Below are positions 25,421-40,225 of a DNA stretch of 64,000 nucleotides, piece by piece. The stretch comes from Antedon mediterranea (Eukaryota; Animalia; Echinodermata): positions 1,332,201 to 1,396,200 of the forward strand of contig NC_092679.1 of assembly GCF_964355755.1 (NCBI RefSeq), written 5' to 3'. How positions within the stretch are numbered: the first letter of the stretch is position 1; every line of letters begins with the position of its first letter. Both the position numbers and the translations under genes were made by a program. The notes under the pieces are model-generated. The model did no database searches, was not told the origin of the DNA, and saw only the letters and a program-made list of their open reading frames with translations.

Positions 25421-28400
25421 TTATTTAACATCATCAGTTGATTGTGTTACAGCCTCACCTCTCAATGATAGATTTTCAAGATCTAATTCTTCCCCATTTG
25501 CAACAACCTGTTTTTGCACTACATCTTGCAAGTGCTCTTCCTTATGACCAAGATCGTCTTTCGTCAGACCTAGCGGTTCTGGCAGCGAATTATCATCCAA
25601 ATTCTCTGCAATACGACTCGGGTCATCTTTAGGTTGGCCTAGCGGGTCCGGAAGCGTGCTTTCATCCAATTTCTCTACAATATCTTTATTTTTTCTGGCG
25701 TGATTGATTGCATTATGCAAAATTTGTTTTTCACGAAGTCGAAGTTGAATGGCAAGTTTTGAGAATTCTGAAATAGTGCTCTGTTCTAAGAGCTGTTCAT
25801 CTTCCTATAAAAGTAAAGGCTAAACATGTGAAGGACAAGCTGAACTTACAGTAAAGCTCTGTCTACACTATCAAACTTGTTTTACCAAAAATGTGTGATG
25901 TGCCCATATATGGTAGTGATGTGCCCAAATAAGGCAGTGATATGACATCATCATGTCCATATATATGGGCACATCACATTATTTTGTCTCATAAAGTTTG
26001 ATAGTGTAGACATTATACACCTTAGTAACAGGAATCACGACAGTGCTGCAATTCAACCTTCAACAACCAATTGGGACGCAAATTACAGGGACAGGGGTGA
26101 AGGGGAGTGCACAGCTAAAGTGCCATTATGAAGTATTTCCAGATATCTATTTTTTTACAGACTATTATTATTATATGTCAGTGTTTACTAGTTTAAAAAA
26201 AAAACCCTGAATTATATAATATGGATATAAAGAATATAAACCAAGATAACTCACCTCAATTGTTGACTTATATATTTGTAAGAGTAAACTTAGTCTGGTG
26301 TCTAAAAAGGTCCATAATTTAATTTCATTTGATTTGCTTACTGGCACTTCACTGTGCAGTAACATCTCTAGCATTTCAGGCTTCCTCTCACATTTGAAAC
26401 GGACATCTAATTCATCTAAAAAGCATAGCTTAACTTTTATTTATGCAATTCACAAATCTTTTATGAAGAAATTCTCCAAATATTACCATATTATCATTTT
26501 TGTATTGTGGAGAACTACACTTTATATGAAGACTTATATATTATACCTTCTGTCATGCAAAATATTCGCAGGAAAACAAGTAGCTGTTTGTTCAATGGAG
26601 TGTCTCCGGCTTGAACAATATATGAATCTACGCTCCTGAAAAAGTAATGAAAATGAAAAATATACACATTTTGGTAGGGGAAAGAGAAGTGGAGAATGGC
26701 AGAGAGAAGAGAATGATAAACAGCAGGAAGAAGGGGGAATGACAAACAGAGGGAAGGGAGGACAATGACAAACAGAGAGAAAGAATGGAGGAGAGAAGGG
26801 AAGAATGGCAGAGAGAAGAGAATGATAAACAGCAGGAAGAAGGGGGAATGACAAACAGAGGGAAGGGAGGACAATGACAAACAGAGAGAAGGGAAGACAA
26901 TGACAAACAGAGAGAAAGAATAGAGCAGAGAAGGGAAGAATGGAGGAGAGAAGAATGGAGGAGAGAAGTGGAGGATGGCAGAGAGAAGGGAGGATGGCAG
27001 AGAGAAGAAGAGAATGGCAGAGAGAAGGAGAGGATGACAGAGAGAAGAAGAGAATGACAGAGAGAAGGAGAGGATGACAGAGAGAAGGAGAGGATGACAG
27101 AGAGAAGGAGAGGATGACAGAGAGAAGGAGAGGATGGCAGACAGAAGGGGAGGATGGCAGAGAGAAGGGCAGAATGGGAAACTTTTGAAACTTACGATTT
27201 CAATGTAAACATAGACAATAGTTGTGTTTTCTTCTGATATAATTTATCATTTTTACTGATTCCTAGTTGAACTGTGACCCCATCGTTTTCGTTATCAGGA
27301 TAAACAAAGCCATTGTGTACCAGAAATTCCATGTTGGTTCTCTTACCATAGTAGATTAACATTTGCTCATTTGGCTGCGTGTCTCTAAGTGCAAGACTAC
27401 TGGAGCAGTTTTGTGAAAGGTCATATCCGGTTCGAATCTAAGATAAGATTTTGATTTGTTGATTAGTGGGTGCATTTGGATTAATAACCTCGATAAATTT
27501 GATTTCATAATAAATAATAATTTTGCAACATTCAATAATATGATATAGTGGCCATATTGGTTTTAAGATACTCTTTTAAAATCTTAAACAGAATCTTGGT
27601 AAAATAAGTAAATAAAATAGCAAGACATTAAAAATAAATTAAAATGTTGAATTGTCTCAATGATTTTGAAGCGAGATCATGATCGAACCACTTCTTTCCA
27701 TTTTAACCAATCAGTTGAATGCAAAACACCCCTTTCTTTAATTGGAATTGCCCATTAATAATTACTTAACCAAATGGCTTATGGGCTGCATGCATATTTC
27801 AAAAAGCAAACAAAATAAAATTCAGCATGCTCAAATATAAAGCAAAAGAAACTGAAATTAGGATTTTAACGCAAACTCAAAAACAACTAGCAAGACCATA
27901 ACTGCAAAATAAACAGTAAAAGCAAAAATTAATTATTTCAAAAGTTGTGACATATTTAACTTTGATTAGGATGATGGCAAAACTATCCAGAAAGTATTGC
28001 GTTTGAATAACAAATTATTATTAAATGTTCATAAATTGGATGCAGAGAATGTCCCTCTCATTGACACACCTTGCCGTTTGTATGGTTACACATGTCCCAA
28101 AGCGGTATCAAAGATGTACACTGGTACTTCCGATTGGTCGATGGTATCTGATTTTGCCGTGTCATCACCGTGGAAACAGCCCACCTACAGGAAGAAAATA
28201 ATGGCCATGCAATATAAAACACTGCAACAAGGATATCTGATTAACCACAAACACAGGGAAACCACATCTTGCTTGTTTACAGTATTATTATTACAAAAGT
28301 ATTGAATCACACCAAATAAGGTCATGATCTGTACCAAGAAATATGCATCACTGCACGCAAAAGTTTAATACACACAATTAGTAATGTTAATATTCAAGTG

Positions 28401-31400
28401 TATTCATGGGACAGTTATGGATTAGCCTATACCAAACCCTCAATAATGAGTGTTTAATACTGTGTGTATATGTGTGGAATTGGGTTTTGTTCGAACTTTA
28501 GTTAATATATGGCCTCCCACTCAGGCTAGCCTTTTGGAGGTTGCCACCCTCTTTTGATTTTATTTTTTAAAATACAGAATTAATTATACCAAAGTAGAAA
28601 TATTGATTCTAGGACGAAAGTAATGATTTGGTTGTTACATTTTCTTGTCATTTGTTCCTTTTTTTCAACCTTATTATTACGTTTCATTGTTGTTATATGT
28701 TTCTATCTTTTCTGTAGTTGTTATAGTTTAAAATGTCTTAATTGGGAAAGAGTGAAAATTGGGCAACAAACAAAATGTCGTCATGCCTGAACACACAAAA
28801 GCGTTTAGTACACAACTACATTTTAGCCTAATACATTCTTAAAATCAATTAGTTAGTTAGTAAGTCAAATAAAATCCACCGTAAGGATTTAACTATAAAC
28901 ATTGCATTACCTTGCTCTAGTGAAAAACATGTATTATGCCACAAGAGAGAGAGAGAGAGAGAGCACATAATTATACACTATTATTATACTTTGCCCTAAA
29001 CTGTCCCTAGTAGATATTAAACCATATGATACCTGTAACCATCATAGGTGAACATGTTCTTTAACGGAACATCTGCAGCATCAGGACTAGTCTGAAATTA
29101 TTATTAAAATAAAGAAAACAATAAAAGCAACACTTATCAGCCTCTCATAAAATACTGTATACCATAATTTTAATCATACTATACATACTATATTTTATTA
29201 TTTTTATAAATATAGGGCTCCCTTAGGAGTGCTAAACCAGGAGTCGGACTTTTCTCCCTACGTTACGCCTACAGATCCCATGTTCTACATACAGCTTTTG
29301 ACCCCGTATCAAAATGTAAGTTCTACTGTAATAAATATAGCAGAGTAGCTTTACTAATATACTTACATGAAACAACTTGTTAAAGTATGCATACTGCCTT
29401 GCAATGTTCTTGTACTGTTTTAATGATTCGCCTGTGAAATTCAACCAAGAAACAAAATAAAAACAAAAAGTCTTGCATAATGTGCGAGAACTTGATTTCA
29501 ATTATAGCGAGTGATAATGTTTTACGTCTTATCTGGCCGACTGGTCTCGCTACTTACCAGAAAGTAAGTGAAGTTGCTTATATTTATTTTATCTACCTGG
29601 ATTATCCACCAGGATTATCTACCTGGATTATCTACCATGATTATCTACCTGGATTATCCACCTGGATTATTTACCATGATTATCTACCTGGATTAACTAC
29701 CTGGATTATCTACCAGGATTATCTACCAGGATTATCTACCTGGATTATCTACCAGGATTATCTACCTGGATTATCTACCAGGATTATCTACCTGGATTAT
29801 CCACCAGGATTATCTACCAGGATTATCTACCTGGATTATCTACCAGGATAATCTACCTGGATTATCTACTAGGATTATCTACCAGGATGAATGAAAACCT
29901 ACATAAAAGCTTATGTCATAATGTGCTAGATGATCAAACAGTGTGTGTGTGTGTGAGTGACTTACTGAAAGCCTGTGAACCTTGTAGATAACTCATTTCT
30001 GCTTCATTGAAATACAAAGGAACAGAATAAGATCGTGGAAGAAAATCTGTAAAACAATCAAAATCCTACATTAATTATACAGTATCTGAATCCGACATTA
30101 ATTATACAGTATCATAATCCTACATTGACACTTTAGGGTCTGACCGATTTTAGAGGGCCCCTTGAAGTCAGTTGTACTGCTGTAGTACAGCTGTTAGAGC
30201 TACCGTACCCTTGTGAAACAAACTTGAATAAATAATGACACACTTGGGCTGGCCTACTGCATTGTTTTTAATGACTAACCCAAGTAAGGCCTCCAAAATG
30301 AATCTGGTTTGAACATCTCGCTTAAAACATGAACCGCTAACAGTACATTTGGCATGGATTTCAATATAGGATCAGTCTCTGCGAGTTTTCCAAATTCCGA
30401 TTGTCTTGCTGTCTCTACTGTGAGCATCATGGACCTTGGTATTGATAAAAATACATCATCTTCCTGAAGGAGAAAAACAACATTAGTATTAGACAAAACA
30501 AAGACAACAATAATCTGACGATAATTTTGTAAAGCACATTAATCCTATCACATAGCACATTAATCCTCTAGCCCATTAATCCTTTAGCACATTAATCCTA
30601 CAGCACATTAATCCTATGACTTACTAATCCTATAGCACATTAATCCTATAACTTATTAATCCTATAACTCAATAATCCTATAGCACATTACACATATAAC
30701 TCATTAATCCTATAGCACACTATCCTATAACTTAATAATCCTATAGCACATTTATCATAATAATAACTCATTAATCCTATAGCACATTCATCATAATAAT
30801 AACTCATTAATCCTATAGCACATTAATCCTACAGTATATCACATTAATCCTATAACTCATTAATCCTATAGCACATTAATCCTATAACTCATTAATCCTA
30901 TATAAATCCTAAAGACTTAATCAATTTACCTTAACGTCTGTCACAGCCTCAATCCCATAACCTTCTGTGTTATATTTTGCAATCTTTACTTTATTGCACA
31001 TGGCTCCATGTTCCTTCACCCACGACAAAAAGGCGTCAAGATTCTCTTCACGTTCCTCATCGACAAACAATCTATGCAGACCTAACAAATATTTTAGTTT
31101 TAATGAAGACCTTATAATTTATAATTCCTAATCAATTCAGATTTTAATTCGTTGGTTTTTATTGTTGTATCTGTTTATTTTATTTAAATGCCAAATTGGA
31201 TAAATCAACCAAAAATATTTGTCCATATAAGTTTATTTTTTTTAATCTCTTTCTTTTACCTTGTTGTTTTGTACGTATCTTCTCAACTACACTACGAATC
31301 TGTACATGTTCTTCCCATTGCTTATTTGGGTTTGCTTGTGTTGGTGTTTTACACACTGAAAAAAAAAATGTTTATTATTTATTCTGCGTTAAGAATTTCT

Positions 31401-31636
31401 GCACCAAGTTTACAAATAGATAGCATTTAGGACAGTTTTTTGCACTACCAAATCAGATGTCAACCTGATAACTGTTATGGGATGTACTGCAGTAATTTAG
31501 TTATTAATTATAAGTACTGTATTAAGGCAACTTTACATTCCATCAGCTGGGAACAAAGATTTTGTATTTCCTTCCGTTCACTCTTGGTCATTCCATCCTG
31601 TTCCTTTACCTGCCTCTTCTTACTTTTACGTCCCAT
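25421..31636 (-). CDS. SETD3: Actin-histidine N-methyltransferase SETD3 (SET + Rubisco-LSMT domain), about 12 exons
   Basis: MGRKSKKRQ...KEIQNLCSQLME, FLSIPRSMMLTVETA, DPILKSMPNVLLAVHVL...SFWRPYL, YKNIARQYAYF, RWAVSTVMTRQNQIP, LIPLWDMCNH, IYYGKRTNMEFLVHNGF, QLLVFLRIFCM, KLWTFLDTRLSLLLQIY. Confidence 0.95.
25855..26011. mobile_element. MITE family A copy
   Basis: Left TIR complete, right TIR truncated; SETD3 intron. Confidence 0.8.
26680..27180. repeat. Purine-rich minisatellite (agagaaggagaggatgac-type 20-mers plus a roughly 110-bp duplication)
   Basis: Strongly A/G-biased tandem units in a SETD3 intron. Confidence 0.9.
29589..29888. repeat. 13-bp minisatellite (tatctaccwggat), about 23 copies
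   Basis: Direct tandem period of 13 bp. Confidence 0.95.
30532..30910. repeat. Degenerate 17-18-bp minisatellite (tagcacattaatccta)
   Basis: Tandem variants in a SETD3 intron. Confidence 0.9.
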
Positions 31637-33559
31637 GTTGCACTGCAATGGTAATACCAAATACCAACAATTTATTAAAATATAATAAATAAATGCATTA
31701 TAGGATATGTTAATAAACACAGAAAGTTTTTCTTGAAATATATGTAACAGCTTTAATATGTTCCAGATCTAGTCTCTCCTAAATGGGCCGAAACGTCCCA
31801 ACACTGGGTCGAATCATCCCGGGTCGAATCGTCGAGGCTTTGCTTGTTGTGTGTGGGAAGATTGCTAGCCTAAAATAACTCTAATCTAGGCCCTAGCCTC
31901 TAGGCCTAGCCTATAGCTTAATAATACCCACGGGACCACATGCCTAGATATTTTATTCTAATTAAGGAGATTCGAGGGGATGATACTTCTCACAGAACAT
32001 TGCTTCATTTAATTTATCTCTCCTACTAAACATAACAAATCAGCCAAGTTAGAAGCTAGGCTAGGCCTACCGTAGGGGCCTACAGGGATAGAGGAGGTCG
32101 TCGAGGACGTAGTAGACAGCGATTCCCCAACAACAAAAATAAATTTATCAGTATCGATGGCGCGCCACTCATGACATATTTTAAATAATATCCACATACC
32201 TCTCCCCTCTCGAAATCTGTCTCGCAATATTTTACACAAATTTAAACATTGGCTTTAAAGGCACCTCGTGATCAAATTGAATGAGGCAAAAGTTGGCGAG
32301 AAGTGGAATCTGTACAATTGGCAATAAGCCCAAAAGAAAAACAGTTATGAAATACCTTTTTCAACTTTGTATGTATCCGTCTCATGGGTATGAACATTAA
32401 TAGAAAAATGATATATCCGAATCTGACAATTAATATTGTTTATCAACAGATCTAATGGGGTGTGTAGGCCTACCGTTATAACAATATATAATAAATTGAC
32501 AAATTTACTGTAATTTCTTTTGAAACCAAATTATTTAAACAATAATTAAAGGTATTAATTAAAAAGATTCCTATGCGATTTGCAAGCCAAATTAAGGCAT
32601 GTACGGTCCGTATACGGTAAGTTAATTTTCTCTCAAAACAAGTTTCATAGCCTTTAAGGCCTAAATGATTATTGAATATACATCTTATATTACAAGTTTC
32701 CTCTAAAATAACATCAAAACAAAATGAAATTGATGACATTGAAACGTAATCAAATCGGACAATAAAACCATTACAATGTGGCGGGTTTGTGGAGGAAACA
32801 AGTTTACTGGAAATGTTAGACCTAAATACATGTATTGACTTTCACTATAACAGCTCAAGGTCTAAATTCTATTTTGAAAAACCATTATTTCACAGAATTT
32901 CAAACAACAATCTACATTATGGCGTTTTATACGTATACTTAAAAGAAAAATCGAGTAAAAGACAAATTTACAGACAAAGTCTAGTGTATAGATATGATTT
33001 GTGTTAATTTGACTTGGTTATGTTTAGCAGTGGCAGATTAATGCGGAGCCAGGATTTATTGTAACATGCCGTATAATACTCTGTCAATGATATTATTATA
33101 ACAACATTTATGACCTTAGTGAGTGACAGCGTTCACAGCAAATCAGAAAATACAGTAGGCCCGGCCATATACTTTTTTAAGTAGACTGCCTTTTTTTTAA
33201 ATTTATGTATTCTTCTAAAAAACTAATTATTACCAACAGTTCATATTATTGGAATAAATATGAATTACTTTGCTGCTGTCTTTGGTAATCAACTTGCATA
33301 TTGCCTAGCCTTACAAAGATGCATTTTTAATTTTATGTATTGTGTGGTTACAAGCTTTATTATTATATTACGTCATTAAACTTTGGCTTTAGTAATCAAA
33401 TCGAGGACCATCTAAAGTATCGGTAAATACATGCTCACATAGTGATAAACTTCATTTTGTGAGATCAAGGAAACAAGTTGACACACATAGAATATTCGCA
33501 ATACAATCTTCTTTAATTCGAGCAGGTTACCAGTAAGATCGGTGGACGGATATTTACAG

Positions 33560-34522
33560 ATGAATTACTCGAGCTACAATGATACATATGGGACCAGGAC
33601 CGAGGCAATATCATGGGATTTCACTGATGTAGCATTTGTCACTGTTTTTTTCACAAGCATCATCAGTACTGCTGGCATGTTGGAAAACCTGATTGTTGTT
33701 TTGGCTGTCTGCTGCATTCGTCAACTTAGGAAGAAGCCAAATGTCTTACTTGTTAACTTGGCCGTCGCTGATTTTATGTGTGCTTTTTTCAGCTTGTTTG
33801 TGTTGTTTGTAGGAGAAAGTACTCCACCTTGGTGGTGGGGGTGGTTTGGAGTGAGCATCTTAAGAACAATGATAAGCGTAATGACTTGTTCGTTAATATT
33901 TGTTCTTGCTGTGAGTATGGAACGGTTCATAGCTATTTCTGCTCCGATAAAATATCGAGACATTATGACAGGAAGGAGATTAGCAATACTGTGTATTTGC
34001 TTATGGATATCGGCTTTTTTATATATATATATAATAGTTTTTTGGTTTTATTTTTCCTCTGTAGAACTCAGTTTCGCATTGACCATAACTATTGGATTTG
34101 TGTATATCTTAATGTATTTTATTTTAATGTATACAACAAACCGTGGACACACGGCAGCCGGATCTGTTAAACAGAAACGACTACGATCAGTATTTATCAC
34201 ATTTAGTATTCTAGTATTTTCTCTGTTCTTGTGTTTAATACCAAATCAAATATTGCTGTTAATCGATTACAATCTGATAAGACATTCGACCACCGTGTTC
34301 TACTATCGTTGCTTCGAGAATGGTCTTTGTTATTTTATTACGTTACCGCTTTTGATGATGAATTCTGCTTTAAATCCCATCGTTTACTGGTGGCGTATTC
34401 CTGAGTTAAGAGACGGAATCAAACGTGTACTGTGTTCGGGACTGTGTTTCGTATGTGTTCGTTCTGGACCAGAAAATAGAAACAATCAAGGAAACCAGGT
34501 TGAAGACGAGCAGCGGATGTAG
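33560..34522 (+). CDS. Class A (rhodopsin-like) GPCR, intact, single coding exon; candidate chemoreceptor (copy 1)
   Basis: Seven hydrophobic segments; LEN (TM1), NLAVAD (TM2), SMERF (DRY variant), LCLIP (TM6), NSALNPIVY (TM7); N-glycosylation sequons NYS/NDT. Confidence 0.92.
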   Translation: MNYSSYNDTYGTRTEAISWDFTDVAFVTVFFTSIISTAGMLENLIVVLAVCCIRQLRKKPNVLLVNLAVADFMCAFFSLFVLFVGESTPPWWWGWFGVSILRTMISVMTCSLIFVLAVSMERFIAISAPIKYRDIMTGRRLAILCICLWISAFLYIYIIVFWFYFSSVELSFALTITIGFVYILMYFILMYTTNRGHTAAGSVKQKRLRSVFITFSILVFSLFLCLIPNQILLLIDYNLIRHSTTVFYYRCFENGLCYFITLPLLMMNSALNPIVYWWRIPELRDGIKRVLCSGLCFVCVRSGPENRNNQGNQVEDEQRM

Positions 34523-37074
34523 GATGCATAGGCATAGGCCTACAGATTAAGTCGCCATGCAACATCTATCTCTGAAAAACTTATGAACATAACATCTCAC
34601 TAGCATTTTAAATAATGTACAGGCATAGGCCCTAGTGTATCTGAATGTTATTTTTGTAGAATTATTCTTCTTATTACTGTATTCAGAGTCTTCTACACAC
34701 CACAATGTTTAAGTAATGTTGTTATAGTCTTGTTTTATTTAATGAAATTGCTTTGTACTAATGCTTTAGTAATCGTTACCTTTAAAATTTGAAAAATTAG
34801 TAAATATTAAATAGACAGTTAATATGTTATACAAATGCAAGAGAAAGACAACCGTGCCATACCGATATATGTTTGGTAATCGGTAATACAAAGTGATGAT
34901 GTAATGTAAAGAGATGATGTTATGGTATCTGGCAAACGTTCCATACAACATGGTTTAAATAGAAATTTTAGCTTTGTTTTTTTAAATTTATTATTAGTTT
35001 ATGTATATATTTTTTTCTTTTTCGTATTTAATGTTATATCTTGGGGTGGGTCAAACTTAAAGTCTTTATGACTTATACGACTCTCCTCCCACATAATCAC
35101 TTTATTGCATTTATGTATATATTTTATTATATTGTGGAAATAAATTGAAATTGAAATTGAACTATATCGCTGATTTCTTGTTATTGGAATATGAATTTAC
35201 TCTGACGTATTGTGATTTTAGAGTATACTTTCTGACATAGCTTTGTTTCTTTTTTTGTGTGTGTTTATTCATTTCCATTGATTAAAGTATTAAAGTTTGT
35301 TTACATAATAATATATGTTGGGATTAATCTAATCATGTGATAATTAAATACTGCCCCCTATGGGTGTTACTTCCCCCTATAATTGTAACAGTCTTTTTCA
35401 AATGATTTGCTTTCTTTTGTATTCATGAACCGGTCAAGGAAGCAGATAGTTTTGTCTCTTATGTAATTAAAGATCTGATTAAAAGGACCATAATGATCTC
35501 TATTGTTATGCTAAAAACAAATTAAAACCAAATACACCACCGGACCGTGGTGGTAAAAGTGAGAAAAGGCGTGTTTTTTCCTTTTGTGTTGTCGTCCACA
35601 TCCTTACATATAATAGTCAGGGTCATGTCAAGAAGTAGGCCTACAATATTACGAGATGACCATAATATAAACAAACAAAATTTTTTTTATAATTAATTAA
35701 AGAATACATAACACAGACAAGACAAGTACAGTACAATTACAGATAAAATGTGCACAAAGTATCAGAGCCTAAGTATCAGCTTGAGTATAAAAAAATATAG
35801 GGCCTAATGCTTCTTAAACTTTATGTTCTTGCGGAAAACAGGGAGAGAATACTATTTTTTTACGTGGACGTCAAAGCCGTTAGCATAGAAGTTGACCAGA
35901 GACTGATCAGTCGTCAAATGTTTTATGTTTGACTAAGAGGATCTTCAGTAGGCAATGGTCGCTAAACCAACTAAATAATGGCGATAATATACAGCACATA
36001 CAGGTAGTACAGTAAAGGCCAATTTACACAGACGAGAGGTAACGGAAAGCGGTAAACAAAAATATAAGCGGAAACGCCTCCTACAGGATAGGTAGGCCTA
36101 CAGGCCGATGAAAAAAGACTATTAATTTCTGGATGAATTCTGGAGTCATAAAAATTAATTTATGATCCAACGTGGTTCTTAGAAAACTACCTTAATATTC
36201 GGAGACAATATTTAATACTGTAGGCCTACCAGCAGTTTATATTTACTGAATATAATACACAATTTGTATCAATGTTACTCTAAAATAACATAATTAAACT
36301 TGGCCTTTTTTTGGATTGGTATAATAATGGCATTTTAGCTGGAACAAATAATAACTACTCTCTTCAAAATTGGGAATTAGTAGAAAGTTTGAATTTAAAT
36401 AATAATTTTATTTACTATTTTAAAAAGCTATAGGCCTCCTGCAAGACAAATTAAAGACATTTTCCTTGAAAGAAAAAATTAAAATGTTTTGTTTTTGGTT
36501 GAAAAAGATATTGTACCACCCGATAAAACCATAATTTAAAGAAAAATAGTCAGCCGGAAGCGGATTGTCGGGAAGTCATTGGGGTTTTTTCCTAAAATTT
36601 AGGGCCTAACCGTTTTTTCACTTTTGTAAGAAAAATTTTAAATTTTGTTTCTTTTTTGGCAAAACTACAAAATGGCCTATTCAAAGTTTAATTTTATTCA
36701 TAACTAATGTTTCGGAGAATAGATCACGGTAATACTGTAATAAATGCATGATTATTATTTTCTAAAAATAATTGTGTCAATACTATATCAAACTGTTAAT
36801 GTTTAGAGCCTCTTACCTAGAGTTTCTATTACAAGTTTTTTATAATAAGAAACTCTAGGTAAAGTATAAAGTAACACTATTAAACATTAGATTTCTTAGT
36901 TGGTACCACCAAATTGAACAATATAATGTAACCCAAGCATAAATTGTTTAAAACAGTTTTTGTTTAACTTTCTCTGCTTTACTGGAACTTCGTTGCAAAT
37001 TATGCAATATACAGATGATCTATTTTACAGATTCCCGATTGTAGGCCTTCAACGTTATTTTATAACTTTAAGAG

Positions 37075-37995
37075 ATGAATTACACGGAGACAGAAAAAGT
37101 ATACCCTATGGATTATTATATTGATTATGAGGATATTCCCTTTATCAGTGTTTTTTTCACAAGCATCATCAGTGCTGCTGGCATGTTGGAAAACCTGATT
37201 GTCATTTTGGTTGTCTGCTGCACCCGTCAACTTAGGAAGAAGTCAAATGTTTTAATTGTTAACTTGGCCGTCGCTGATTTGTTATGTGCTTTTGGTAGCT
37301 TTCTTCTTTTGTTTGTACGTAAACGAACGTATGATTTCAATGAATATTTCATCATAATCATGATGCTAACCATAATGACTTGTTCGTTAGTGTTTGTCCT
37401 AGCTGTAAGTATGGAACGCTTAATAGCTATTGCATTTCCGATAAAATATCGATACATTGTGACAGGAATGAGATTAGCAATACTGTGTACTTTCATATGG
37501 GTATCGGTTTCATGTGTAATTGCTTATCTTTTATATTCTTTTTTCGGGTACACTATTTCGCCATCGCCTGTAACAATACTGAGTTTCGCATTGACCATAA
37601 TTATTGGATTTGTGTACATTTTGATGTACTTTATTTTAATATATACATCAAATAGTGGAAACACGGCGGCCGGATCTGCTAAACAGAAACGACTACGATC
37701 AGTATTTATCACATTTAGTATTCTAGTATTTTCTCTGTTCTTGTGTTTAATACCAAATTAAATATTGCTGTTGCTTGATTACTATAGTATACTATACTTC
37801 TCCCGTTGCTTATGGGGAGGTCTTTGTTATTTTATTACGTTACCGCTTTTGATGATGAATTCTGCTTTAAATCCCATCGTATACTGGTGGCGTATTCCTG
37901 AGCTAAGAGACGGAATCAAACGTGTACTTTGTTTTCTATGTGCAGAAAATGGAAACAATCAAGGAAACCAGACTGAAGATGAACAAGAGGTGTAG
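37075..37995 (+). pseudogene. GPCR copy 2 with premature stop
   Basis: In-frame TAA at 37759-37761, where copies 1 and 3 have CAA; the frame continues through TM7 to TAG at 37995. Confidence 0.85.
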
Positions 37996-39336
37996 GATGT
38001 TGCCGTTAAAGTCGTGAAACATGAAACATATACAGTTTTTTTCTTTTTCTTCTTCCTCTTCTCCTCGGGAAAAACAAAAGATTTTGAGGTTTGGTGTTGT
38101 AAGTCTGTTTAAAGTTGTTATTTTATTTGATGTTTTTATCCGTGCCTATATTTATTTTAATTGTTATTTTATATATTTGTTTACTCATAAGCCATAATTG
38201 GCTAGTCAAGAGTGTGAGTAGATAAATAAATAATACAAACGGCTACATATTGGCAAGTATGGGAAAGGATGTGTGCTTAGCGATACTACAGTCTCAGCAA
38301 TTGGACACAGTAACATTATCCACTTGCAAGTAATATTGTTATAGATAATATTAGTACAACTGACTTTCAAGTATTCAGAATAATATCTAATGGTGAAAAA
38401 TCTGATTCTTTAAATAATTTACGCCTTATGTTGTGCCAATAGTTATAGTCCGGCAGCCAAGGGGTTTAACCTTGCAATGTTTTCTATATATATTTTTTTA
38501 TGGATTTTGATTCTCGATAACGTCAGAATTAAGATTATTTTACTGGACGGCTGTCAGCATTGAGACATTTGCATAACTAGCAAACAAAATAGCCGCTATT
38601 TTTTTTTTATAAAACATGCTATATCTCTGGAAATACTGGACGTAGTGAGATAATTTTGGTGTCAAATTGTTCACAATGTATGTTTATATTAGCTCTAACA
38701 GAAATTGTCAAGTATTCAGAATAATATCTAATGGTGAACATCTTATTCTTTAAATAATGTACGCCTTATGTTGTGCCAATAGTTAGGCCTTTTTATACGG
38801 GGATAGAAATTATACAACTTGACGTGACTGAGACTTAGATGTAGCATCTGAAAACCCTTTAAAGTTCAATAAAGTGTTAAATAGAAGACCTAAAAATAGT
38901 TCAGTATATTCATTACTTACAATATTAATAATAAAAAATATAATTAATTAGCAATATTAATTAATCAGAAAATTGTAAAAAGTGACAAGAACATTGTTTT
39001 ATCACCATGCATGTTGCTTATGATGTCATATTGTCCTCATCATCCGAAAGAGTAATTTTAATTAAAATTTCGTAATTAGTCTATTTTAATCAAGTGGAAT
39101 TATTAATTTAGGATTTAGAAACTTTAAAATATTCTTCCTTTCTTTCTTTGAATTACTAAAATATTAAGCCAACGACAATATAAAGTAACCCAAGCATAAA
39201 TTGTGTCAACAGTTTTTGTTTAACTTTCTCTGCTTTACTGGCACTTCGTTGCAAATTATGCAATATAGGCCTACAGATGATCTATTTTACAGATTCCCGA
39301 TTGTTGGCCTTCAACGTTATTTTATAACTTTAAGAG

Positions 39337-40225
39337 ATGAATTACACGGAGACAGGAATAGTATACCCTATGGATTATTATGAGCCTATGCCCTTTATCA
39401 CTGTTTTTTCACAAGCATCATCAGTGCTGCTGGCATGTTGGAAAACCTGATTGTTATTTTGTCTGTCTGCTTCACTCGTCAAATGTTTTAATTGTTAACT
39501 TGGCCGTCGCTGATTTTTTATGTGCTTTTGGTAGCTTTCTTCTTTTGTTTGTACGTGAACCTATGAATGATTATAATGAATATTACATCATAGTCATGAT
39601 GATAACCGTAATGACTTGTTCGTTAATATTTGTTCTTGCTGTGAGTATGGAACGCTTCATAGCTATTTCTGCTCCGATAAAATATCGACACATTATGACA
39701 GGAAGGAGATTAGCAATATTATGTATTTGTGTACTTACGTTTCTATTTCTTTATAATTATTTTTATTTTTATCCTGTTATTCTGAGTCTTACATTGACCA
39801 TAATTATTGGATTTGTGTACATTTTGATGTACTTTATTTTAATGTATACAACAAACCGTGGACACACGGCAGCCGGATCTGTTAAACAGAAACGACTACG
39901 ATCAGTATTTATCACATTTAGTATTCTAGTATTTTCTCTGTTCTTGTGTTTAATACCAAATCAAATATTGCTGTTAATCGATTACAATCTGATAGGACAT
40001 TCGACCACCGTGTTCTACTATCGTTGCTTCGAGAATGGTCTTTGTTATTTTATTACGTTACCGCTTTTGATGATGAATTCTGCTTTAAATCCCATCGTTT
40101 ACTGGTGGCGTATTCCTGAGTTAAGAGACGGAATCAAACGTGTACTGTGTTTCGTATGTGTTCGTTTTGGACCAGAAAATAGAAAAAATCAAGAGGACCA
40201 GGTTGAAGATGAACAAGAGGTGTAA
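39337..40225 (+). pseudogene. GPCR copy 3, frameshifted and mosaic
   Basis: 1-bp loss in a T run (about 39405) and a 16-bp deletion between gtcaa repeats (about 39480) that removes LRKKS. Confidence 0.85.

Noticed and set aside
26515-26906. Hydrophobic ORFs on the - strand
   Set aside because: These are translations of the purine-rich minisatellite; only the SETD3 exon portion is coding.
29480-29851. 123-aa repetitive ORF
   Set aside because: Artefact of the 13-bp tandem repeat.
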